Source of the DNA: Verrucomicrobiales bacterium
GTDB lineage: Bacteria; Verrucomicrobiota; Verrucomicrobiia; Verrucomicrobiales; SLCJ01
Direction: 5' to 3'
DNA: 16,432 nucleotides
NCBI GenBank assembly: GCA_046075565.1
Contig: JBJTQJ010000039.1
Location: forward strand, 1-16,432
Part shown: piece after piece, positions 1 through 7,067 of the stretch
How positions within the stretch are numbered: position 1 is the first letter of the stretch
Layout: each line of letters begins with the position of its first letter
The notes under the pieces: model-generated
Database searches by the model: none
Told to the model about the DNA's origin: nothing
The model's input: the letters and a program-made list of their open reading frames with translations, nothing else
Program-made: the position numbers and the translations under genes

Positions 1-1
1 T

Positions 2-397
2 GCCGATTGGTATCCGGGTGGTGGTTTTGCAACCACCTTGAATAACGTGGAAGCGACCCCTCGTAATTTTTCATCGGGTAGTATGATCGACGGTAGTGCT
101 AACATGGAACTTTTGGATATGTATACTCTTTTCAGGACTTCATCTACGGTCGCCGCTCCCGACTTCGGTCCAGGTTCCTTCATGGGCTTTAAAGACGTAA
201 ATGGTCGTTTCGGCTACTTTGAAGTCACTTGGACAGCTGCCACGAATGAATTCCGTATCCTCAGCGGTGCTTATGAAAGCACTCCCGGCGTGGGCATCCA
301 AGCCGGAGCCGCCATCCCCGAGCCATCCACCGCCGTGCTATCCCTAGGCGCACTGGCTGCTGGTGTCTTCGTCCGCCGCCGTAAGCAGGCTGCGTAA
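2..397 (+). CDS. PEP-CTERM sorting-domain surface protein (5' truncated by the window edge)
   Basis: Frame +2 is open from base 2 (ADWYPGGGFATTLNN...), so the TTG at 38 is not necessarily the start. The C-terminus IPEPSTAVLSLGALAAGVFVRRRKQAA has the PEP motif, hydrophobic helix and basic cluster of the exosortase PEP-CTERM signal. Confidence 0.92.
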   Translation, partial: ADWYPGGGFATTLNNVEATPRNFSSGSMIDGSANMELLDMYTLFRTSSTVAAPDFGPGSFMGFKDVNGRFGYFEVTWTAATNEFRILSGAYESTPGVGIQAGAAIPEPSTAVLSLGALAAGVFVRRRKQAA

Positions 398-412
398 GTT
401 TGCCTTAGAACG

Positions 413-3097
413 ATGAAAAAACGAATCCTGCTCATTGGCTGGGATTCTGCCGATTGGAAACTGATTCAACCGCTGATGGATGATGGGAAACTCCCCGGAG
501 TGGCCCAACTCGTCCACGGCGGCGTCAGCGGCAATCTGGCGACCTTGGAACCACAACTTTCCCCGATGTTGTGGACATCCATCGCTACCGGTAAGATGGC
601 CTACCACCATGGCGTGAAAGGTTTTACCGAAGTCGATTCTGTGAGCGGGGGCATCGTTCCCGTATCCGCTGCCACACGGCAGTGCAAAACCTTGTGGGAA
701 ATCCTCGGCACGCAAGGTTTGCGCAGTCACGTGGTGAGCTGGTTCGCCACCCAAGGCGAACAAAACCTGAACGGCAAGATGGTTTCCAATTTGTATGGCC
801 ACATCAAGGGCGCGACTGCCGAGATGGATCCTGCGGATTGGCCGAGGCCTATGCCCGGCACGTATTGGCCGCCGGAACTGGCTGCCGAGCTGGATGATAG
901 ACGCATTTTACCCACCGACATTGATGGAGACATCATCAGTGCCTTTGTGCCGGATGGCTATAAGGTGGATCAGCACCGCGACCGCCGCATGCAGCACCTC
1001 GCCGAGAAACTGGCTGAGGCATTTTCCGTGCAAGCCGCCGCTTGCCACCTGATGCAGACCGACCCGGAATGGGACTTCATGGCAGTGTATTTCCGCGCCA
1101 TTGATGAAATCTGTCACCTCTTTATGCACTATCACCCGCCGAAGATGGCGGGCATCCCGGAGGAGGATTTTCAAACCTATCAACATGTGGTCAATGGAGC
1201 TTATCGCGCCCATGACATGATGTTGCAACGTCTGCTGCATCTCGCCGGGCCGGATACGGCTGTGATCATGGTATCAGACCATGGTTTCCATAGCGATCAC
1301 TTGCGGCCTAAGTTCACGCCGCGTGTGCCTGCCGGAATCACGGTGTGGCATCGGGCGCAGGGGATTTTTCTGGCGAAAGGACCGGGATTTCAGGCGGATG
1401 CCGCCGTGCATGGGGCGCGGCTGCTGGACATTGCCCCCACCGTGCTGCACTACTTTGGCCTACCGATTGGCGGCGATATGGAAGGACGGGTGCTTTCGGA
1501 ATGTTTTGCGGAAAATCGCCCCATCGAGACGATTCCGACGTGGGAAACCGGCGAGGCGAAGGCATCTGCCCGTGGCTCGCTGACCGAGGAGGAGAGCAAG
1601 GCGTTGCTGGATCAATTCGTCGCCCTGGGTTACATCGGTGAAGTTTCCGCCGATCCCACCGAGGCGGCGGATGAGACGAATCGCGAGAACAAATGGAACC
1701 TCGCCCGCGCCTGCCTTTACGGCGGCAAGTATGATCTCGCCCTGCCATTACTGGAAGATTGTTTTTCCTCGTATCCTGAGCGCACGGACTATGCGCAATT
1801 GCTGGCGCGTTGCCAATTTCAGCTTGGTTTGTTGGATGAGGCGGAGGAGACCTTACAAGTTTGTCTGGAGGGCTTTGGCCGCAATCACGCCGCGCATCTG
1901 GTGATGGGCAGCATCGAGCTGGAGCGCGGTAAAAATGCTGCTGCATTGGCGCATTTCAACATTGTCCGCGAGAAAGATCCCGACAATACGCAAATGCTGC
2001 ATTATCTAGCGGATGCTTATCTATCGCTGCGGAAATGGGAGGACGCCAAGGCCACTGCCGAGCGCATGCTGGAGCTGGACCCCGCCAGTCCGCAGGCGCA
2101 GTTGATCTTGGCTCGTTATTTCCTGCACCAACAACAGCCGCAGCAAGCTGCCGATGCCGCGCTGTCGGCCACCGCGCTGGAATTTGCCAATCCGCGCGGG
2201 CATTTCCTGCTGGGGCTGGCCTTGTTTCAACTGGAAAACTGGGATGCCGCCGCCCATGCGCTGCGAAACAATCTACAGCTCAAGCCGAAGAACGGCATTG
2301 CCTATCGTTTGCTCGCACCGGTGTATCGCGCCCTTGGTCAGAGCGACAAAGCCTTTGAAGCGGAAATCAGATCGCGGGTATTGCGCCATGTGAACCAGAA
2401 GGAAATCGATGAGCGCGTGGCTGGTCTGCGCGGAATGATTGCCGAGCGCGCCACCGCCCGCCAAACTGAGCGCACCCGCCGCCGCGATGCCGCCGCCGCG
2501 AAAACGGCCGAGGAAGCCGCCATTCAGCCGATGGAATTCACCCTCGTTTCTGGTTTGCCACGTTCTGGCACCAGCCTGATGATGCAACTGCTACGCGCCG
2601 CTGGCATGGAACTCATGCACGATGGTAAGCGCGGCGCCGACGATGACAACCAGGAAGGATATTGGGAATGGGAGGAGATCAAGTCCCTCGCCAAGCATCC
2701 GCGCATCATCGAGCAAGCCGAGGGCAAGGTGATCAAAATCATTTCCGCGCTGCTGCCGCACCTGCCGCCGAAGCATCGGTATAAAACCCTGTTCATGCGC
2801 CGCCCCGTCACCCAAGTGGTGGATTCGCAATGGAAAATGCTGGCGAATCAAGGCATCGCGCCAAAGGCGGAAAAAGACCATCTGATTGCCACGCAGGAAA
2901 CCCACGTTGCGCAAATCCTCGCCACGCTGCGGCAAAGCCCGCGCATTGAGGTCTTGGAGGTAGATTACCCTTCCCTAGTCGCCGATCCGCTGGCATGGTT
3001 GCCGAGGTTGCGCGAGTTCTGCGGCGTGTCGTTTTCCGGTAGTGATCAAAGCCTTGCCGCCGTGGTGAAGCCGTCTCTTTTCCGCCAACGTAATTAA
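413..3097 (+). CDS. Fusion of alkaline phosphatase superfamily (phosphodiesterase/NPP-like), TPR and sulfotransferase domains
   Basis: N-terminal metal and nucleophile motifs GWDSAD, PQLSPMLWTSIATG, DEICH, SDHGF, DIAPTVL, ending in ALGYI. Central Ala/Leu-rich TPR-like helices (~1690-2370). C-terminal 5'-PSB loop VSGLPRSGTSLMMQ and 3'-PB-like MRRPVTQVVDSQ. No signal peptide. Confidence 0.88.
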   Translation: MKKRILLIGWDSADWKLIQPLMDDGKLPGVAQLVHGGVSGNLATLEPQLSPMLWTSIATGKMAYHHGVKGFTEVDSVSGGIVPVSAATRQCKTLWEILGTQGLRSHVVSWFATQGEQNLNGKMVSNLYGHIKGATAEMDPADWPRPMPGTYWPPELAAELDDRRILPTDIDGDIISAFVPDGYKVDQHRDRRMQHLAEKLAEAFSVQAAACHLMQTDPEWDFMAVYFRAIDEICHLFMHYHPPKMAGIPEEDFQTYQHVVNGAYRAHDMMLQRLLHLAGPDTAVIMVSDHGFHSDHLRPKFTPRVPAGITVWHRAQGIFLAKGPGFQADAAVHGARLLDIAPTVLHYFGLPIGGDMEGRVLSECFAENRPIETIPTWETGEAKASARGSLTEEESKALLDQFVALGYIGEVSADPTEAADETNRENKWNLARACLYGGKYDLALPLLEDCFSSYPERTDYAQLLARCQFQLGLLDEAEETLQVCLEGFGRNHAAHLVMGSIELERGKNAAALAHFNIVREKDPDNTQMLHYLADAYLSLRKWEDAKATAERMLELDPASPQAQLILARYFLHQQQPQQAADAALSATALEFANPRGHFLLGLALFQLENWDAAAHALRNNLQLKPKNGIAYRLLAPVYRALGQSDKAFEAEIRSRVLRHVNQKEIDERVAGLRGMIAERATARQTERTRRRDAAAAKTAEEAAIQPMEFTLVSGLPRSGTSLMMQLLRAAGMELMHDGKRGADDDNQEGYWEWEEIKSLAKHPRIIEQAEGKVIKIISALLPHLPPKHRYKTLFMRRPVTQVVDSQWKMLANQGIAPKAEKDHLIATQETHVAQILATLRQSPRIEVLEVDYPSLVADPLAWLPRLREFCGVSFSGSDQSLAAVVKPSLFRQRN

Positions 3098-3155
3098 ATC
3101 AACTTATGAACGATCGATCATCACCGCAGACTTCTCCTAAATGAAGGAATCTGCA

Positions 3156-3176
3156 TATAGGGACGGACATTTTGAC
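3156..3176 (+). repeat. Left copy of 21-bp direct repeat TATAGGGACGGACATTTTGAC flanking the transposase
   Basis: Exact match to 4469-4489. Similarity extends imperfectly upstream (AAGGAATCTGCA from 3144 vs AAGGAACTGAT from 4458). Confidence 0.93.
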
Positions 3177-3186
3177 AGGAAAATGC

Positions 3187-3214
3187 TTGACCACTTCCGG
3201 CCACAGGCTAAAAT
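3187..3214 (+). promoter_or_regulatory. Putative sigma70 promoter of the transposase (likely leaderless)
   Basis: TTGACC (3187-3192), 16-nt spacer, TAAAAT (3209-3214), 6 nt, then ATG at 3221; no Shine-Dalgarno. Confidence 0.6.
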
Positions 3215-3220
3215 CGCCCC

Positions 3221-4375
3221 ATGAGGCAAGCCAGAATGATCGTGCCGCCGGATATGGACGGGCTTTACCATGTGGTTAGCCGGGTGGTGGATCGGCGGAT
3301 GATTTTCGGGGAAGTTGAGAAGAAAAAGTTCCGGGAATTGCTGGTCAGTTATGCCGGGTTTTCCGGGATCACGGTGGCGGCTTGGTGTTTGATGGACAAT
3401 CATTTCCACCTGCTGCTGCATGTGCCGTCGCGGGAGCGGGAGAATCCGGCGGGTTTGCGGGAAAAGGAAATACTGCGGCGCTTGCGGCTGATTTACGGCA
3501 AGGGGGCGATGGCGGATATCGAGCGGGTGCTTGGGCAGTGTCCGGATGCGGCTTCGCGGATGAGGTATCTGGAGCGGTTCACCCGCCGGATGGGGGATTT
3601 GTCGTTGTTCATGAAGACGCTGAAGCAGCGGTTCACGCAATGGTATAACGGGAAGAACCGGAGGAAGGGGACCCTGTGGGAGGACCGCTTCCGGAGTGTG
3701 GCGGTGGAGATCCAGGACTTGGCGACTTTGGGCGCGGCGGCGCGAATTGTGTCGGCTTATATCGATCTCAATCCGGTGAGGGCGGGAATGGTGGAGGACC
3801 CGGCGGAGTATGCGTGGTGCGGGTATGCGCGGGCCTTGGTGGGCGAGAAGAAGAGCGCGAAAGGGCTTTTACGGGTGTGGGGCAAGCAGAGGGGGTTGAA
3901 GGGAACGCTGGCGGAGTATCGGGTTTTCTTGTTTGAGGAGGGGAGTGAAGACCCGGCGTCGCCTGAAGGCTATGCCGGGGCAAGGAAGATTCAGGATCCG
4001 AGAACCGGAGAAATGAAGACGCGGATGGGGATCGATGCGCGGAAGGTGTGGGAGGAGCGGAAGCGGGGAGGCAGGTTGCCTTTGCGTGTGATGCTGCGGT
4101 TGAGGTCGCGGTATCTGGTGGATGGTGCGGCGATTGGAAGCGAGGAGTATTTGCGCCGATTGACCGGCAAGGCGGCAGGAAGACCCAAGACCGCTTCGCT
4201 CCAAGACTCAAGACACAAGATGGAAAAGTTGCCGGAACCGCAGGAGGAGATGACCGCCGTGGGAGAAGTGCAAGATCCTGAGCAATCGCCCGGCAGACCC
4301 GGTGTGGCGATGCGGTTTGGCCAGTGGGGCGGGTTGCGAGTGCTCCGGGATTTGAGAGTTGGGGTTGTAGGCTGA
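3221..4375 (+). mobile_element. REP-associated tyrosine transposase (RAYT; Y1 HUH, IS200/IS605 TnpA superfamily) with C-terminal extension
   Basis: YHVVSR, CLMDNHFHLL (HUH motif), LWEDRFRS, and YIDLNPVRAGMVEDPAEYAW (catalytic Tyr plus the NPVRAG RAYT signature); 384 aa. Confidence 0.92.
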
Positions 4376-4468
4376 GGTCGGAATCCGGTGACGGCGAAGA
4401 TGGCGACGAGCGTGGAAGCGTCGCGTAAAGGGCTGCGCCCCACGCGATTCCCGCGTAAAGGAACTGAT

Positions 4469-4489
4469 TATAGGGACGGACATTTTGAC
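4469..4489 (+). repeat. Right copy of 21-bp direct repeat TATAGGGACGGACATTTTGAC
   Basis: Identical to 3156-3176, 93 nt after the transposase stop, and followed by the perfect palindrome CTCTCCGGAGAG (4495-4506). Confidence 0.93.
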
Positions 4490-4509
4490 GAGAACTCTCC
4501 GGAGAGCGT

Positions 4510-4844
4510 TCAGAGATGCAACCAACTCCGGAGCCGCGAATCCAGCGCCGAGCTGTCAACCACGGATAGTCGGCCAATTACTTTTCGCACCAGGCGGGTT
4601 TCGACCGTGCAAATTTGCCCTTTGATTCCGCTGGCGACATTCAAGCCGGCTTTTGCCCACTCGATGATGGGCAAATCAGGATGATGGGCAAATCAGCATT
4701 CGCCAACTGGGAAGTGACGGGAACCACGAAAAGATCGCTGTGCCAGGTTCCATGGCCGATTACCACGGCAGGCCTCACTTTGGAACTGCTCAGATCCGTG
4801 AATGGGATCGGCAGCAGGACGATATCATTCCGTGAGAAGGACAT
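4510..4844 (-). pseudogene. mazF: PemK/MazF-family endoribonuclease toxin, frameshifted by a 17-bp tandem duplication
   Basis: Starts MSFSRNDIVLLPIPFTDLSSSKVRPAVVI (ATG 4844) with PFTD, KxRPAVV and VVPVTS motifs. As it stands it stops at 4641. Removing one copy of the 4663-4696 duplication gives a 105-aa protein continuing ...LPIIEWAKAGLNVASGIKGQICTVETRLVRKVIGRLSVVDSSALDSRLRSWLHL* (stop 4510-4512). Confidence 0.88.
4663..4696. repeat. Perfect 17-bp tandem duplication (GATGATGGGCAAATCAG x2)
   Basis: Units 4663-4679 and 4680-4696 are identical. Confidence 0.97.
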
Positions 4845-5037
4845 TGTAAACGTCATCGGCTTCGTTGTCCCATACACCCATGAGTGTCCGCTCCCCTTGG
4901 TTCAGCCATTGCTGGCGCTCCAAATCGTCAACTTCGGTTTCCACCGAAAGCCGCACGATGGTGCGTTCCTCCAAATCCAGCTGTTCAAGTGGTCGCAGGA
5001 TGCCTTCTTCATAGATGGCTCGGATAGCGAGAGTCAT
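4825..5037 (-). CDS. DUF104/AF2212-like antitoxin
   Basis: 70 aa. N-terminal IRAIYEEGILRPLEQLDL is typical of DUF104; acidic C-terminus VWDNEADDVY; overlaps the downstream toxin start by 20 nt. Confidence 0.8.
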   Translation of the reverse strand: MTLAIRAIYEEGILRPLEQLDLEERTIVRLSVETEVDDLERQQWLNQGERTLMGVWDNEADDVYNVLLTE

Positions 5038-5043
5038 GTTGCC

Positions 5044-5071
5044 AAAATACGCCCCCGGCGTCCGGAATCAA
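5044..5071 (-). promoter_or_regulatory. Putative sigma70 promoter of the antitoxin-toxin pair (likely leaderless)
   Basis: On the minus strand: TTGATT (5071-5066), 16 nt, TATTTT (5049-5044), 6 nt, ATG at 5037. Confidence 0.55.
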
Positions 5072-5188
5072 CCCGCTTTTCCCGCCCACCGGTCCGTCGC
5101 ATCGGCTGTTTCAGGTTTTTTTTCCAAAATCAATTTTCCAACAATTTCCAAGCCGCAGTCAGTCGGCCGGGGACTCTGCTTGTCCCCG

Positions 5189-6424
5189 TCACGCTCCCCA
5201 TCCTGGCTGCTGGCGGCTGATGTCCTCGATCTTCGTCTCCGGCACCCCGGCCGCCCGGCCATGGTCCGGCCACGCGGCCACGGACTCCTCGACCGCGCGC
5301 AGAATCCCTTCCGCGTCGCGGACATCATGTTCATCGGCGAAACGCAATAGATCATCGCGGCGAAGACCGGCGGCTTTGCCTCCGATCGCGCCGGCCCTCC
5401 ATCCGGAGGAGAGGGGATTTGTCGAAGGATTGAGATCATAGGCCGGCGCCAGCGACCAACGTCCCGCTTCATCCATCAGAAAAGCATGGTTCCGACCGTG
5501 ATCGTCATCATTTCCGGCGAGGATATTGAATACGGCGCGGCGATAGACCTCTGCGACCGCTGCACCCCCATCGACCAGCACCCGCGCGATTTCTAACAAA
5601 TCCCCGTATTCCATGGGGTCGCGCACCGGCGTGTGGGTAAGGCCGGAAAAGGTATGGATATGAAACCGCCGGGCGTCGGCGCCGCGATCAAACCTTCGGC
5701 TTAGAAAATGGGCCGCTCCCTTACCTGATTCCAGCAAACGGATTTCCGGAACGGTGATGCCGGCCGCAGCGGCCATCCGATGGTAGGCAAGTTCCAGCCG
5801 CCCTGCGCTGAGTTCCGGGGCGAGATCGAATTTGACCAGCCAGGCGTCGTAACCCTTTGGCGCCGGATCGACGGCCATGGAGGCGGTGAAAGATTCGTTG
5901 AAGGCCAGTGAGGCTTTGGGCTGTGCCCCGCCCGGCGACAATCCGGCATTTACGAGCCGATCCAACAAGCCATCGGTGCGGCCTTGCAGAAGTTCCTCGG
6001 CCGAAGTAGCCAGTTCCTCTACGGTCGCGGCCATGTCCGCATGAAGGTCGGAGTCCTCAATCTCCGGCGTGTAGGTGAGGGCGCCGGTTTTGCGGCGGCC
6101 TTGGCAGGCGAGCTTCTGTAGCGACGTCACCCTTCGCCAGGGCACGCCCGAATGTTCAAAAAACCGCCGCATCAGCCGCTCTCCCCACCAGTCGGGCAGC
6201 GCATCCTGGAAAAGCCCGAACAGGGGGCCGAAATCCCGGCTGGGTGAGGACAACACCCCCTGGGCGTCCCGTAACCTCAGGAAAACCGGGGAAAGTTCGA
6301 TGCCCTTGGCCCGCCAAGCCGCATCATATTCAAACCAGACCACACCCCCGCGGTCACCGTATAGCCGACCGACCAGGGAGGATTCCAACCCTCCGCCGGG
6401 AACAAAATCAACCCGCAGCTCCAT
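5189..6424 (-). CDS. hipA: HipA-family Ser/Thr kinase toxin (type II toxin-antitoxin)
   Basis: Probable start MELRVDF at 6424 (411 aa). N-terminal subdomain FEYDAAW...LSP...DALPDWWG, P-loop SPGGAQPK, WLVKF, FLSRRFDR, catalytic NDDDHGRN, LAPAYDL. Confidence 0.93.
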   Translation of the reverse strand: MELRVDFVPGGGLESSLVGRLYGDRGGVVWFEYDAAWRAKGIELSPVFLRLRDAQGVLSSPSRDFGPLFGLFQDALPDWWGERLMRRFFEHSGVPWRRVTSLQKLACQGRRKTGALTYTPEIEDSDLHADMAATVEELATSAEELLQGRTDGLLDRLVNAGLSPGGAQPKASLAFNESFTASMAVDPAPKGYDAWLVKFDLAPELSAGRLELAYHRMAAAAGITVPEIRLLESGKGAAHFLSRRFDRGADARRFHIHTFSGLTHTPVRDPMEYGDLLEIARVLVDGGAAVAEVYRRAVFNILAGNDDDHGRNHAFLMDEAGRWSLAPAYDLNPSTNPLSSGWRAGAIGGKAAGLRRDDLLRFADEHDVRDAEGILRAVEESVAAWPDHGRAAGVPETKIEDISRQQPGWGA

Positions 6425-6446
6425 CGGAATCCTTTCCAGCCCCCGT

Positions 6447-6821
6447 TTATTTGGGAGACTTGCCGGGTTCAGGTTTAGGATCAATCTTCGGCAGCTTCGG
6501 CTGACCGCCCATCTTCCGGCGGGGTGCCCGTTGCCGGTCGCGCCGTTTGACTTCTTCCAGCGATGCCGCCCGCACCGGGGGGGCAAAAAGGGACCGGATG
6601 TCCCCGTCCAAATCCAAGGCCACCGCCACCCGCACCAGATGGGGAAAGGTCGCCCGACCCCGTTTTTCCAGACTCTTGACCGTCGAGAGCCCGACACCCG
6701 CCCGCCCGGCCAACTCCTCTTGCGTCCACCCGCGCTGCAAACGCCAGGCCCGCAGCCTCTCCCCAACCCCGCGACACAAGGCCACCGGATTTCGCATGAA
6801 AAGAGATGGTATATCAGCCAT
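6447..6821 (-). CDS. hipB: HipB-like XRE-family helix-turn-helix antitoxin
   Basis: LRAWRLQRGWTQEELAGRAGVGLSTVKSLE is an XRE HTH; lies 22 nt upstream of hipA on the same strand. Confidence 0.88.
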   Translation of the reverse strand: MADIPSLFMRNPVALCRGVGERLRAWRLQRGWTQEELAGRAGVGLSTVKSLEKRGRATFPHLVRVAVALDLDGDIRSLFAPPVRAASLEEVKRRDRQRAPRRKMGGQPKLPKIDPKPEPGKSPK

Positions 6822-7067
6822 TAATGTGAATTAATGCATATTAGGGATGGATTGGAAACTACTAGTATAGTTAGGTGGAAACGACCGCATGGAGGAAGCT
6901 GTCGAAGAGAGATCCGCGGTATACCGGATCTGAGATCGGAGATTGCGGGCGATGAACGTTAGGGCCGAGGTCTAGGGCCCATGATCTCTTGGGGCTTCGC
7001 CTCGAAGACACCAACTCGGAGCGTTATTTTTACGACGAGTGCCACTGGTTTTCCTCGCAAGGAAAAA

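Noticed and set aside
413-1540. Formylglycine-dependent sulfatase
   Set aside because: It lacks the C/SxPxR signature; the motifs fit the phosphodiesterase/NPP-like branch.
3156-4489. 21-bp direct repeats as a target-site duplication, att sites or CRISPR repeats
   Set aside because: Y1 HUH transposases do not duplicate targets, no integrase or tRNA is present, and two copies 1.3 kb apart are not an array.
3137-4577. Minus-strand Pro/His/Ser-rich ORFs over the transposase
   Set aside because: Shadows of the G-rich transposase coding strand.
4641-4877. 78-aa ORF as a complete small toxin
   Set aside because: Its C-terminus is the frameshift product of the 17-bp duplication, and its first 11 codons lie inside the antitoxin gene.
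4615-5220. 201-aa plus-strand ORF
   Set aside because: Antisense to the well-supported antitoxin-toxin pair; no recognisable motifs.
6425-6766. 114-aa N-terminal extension of the 525-aa hipA ORF
   Set aside because: It overlaps hipB in another frame and has no HipA character; the family-like sequence starts at the ATG at 6424.
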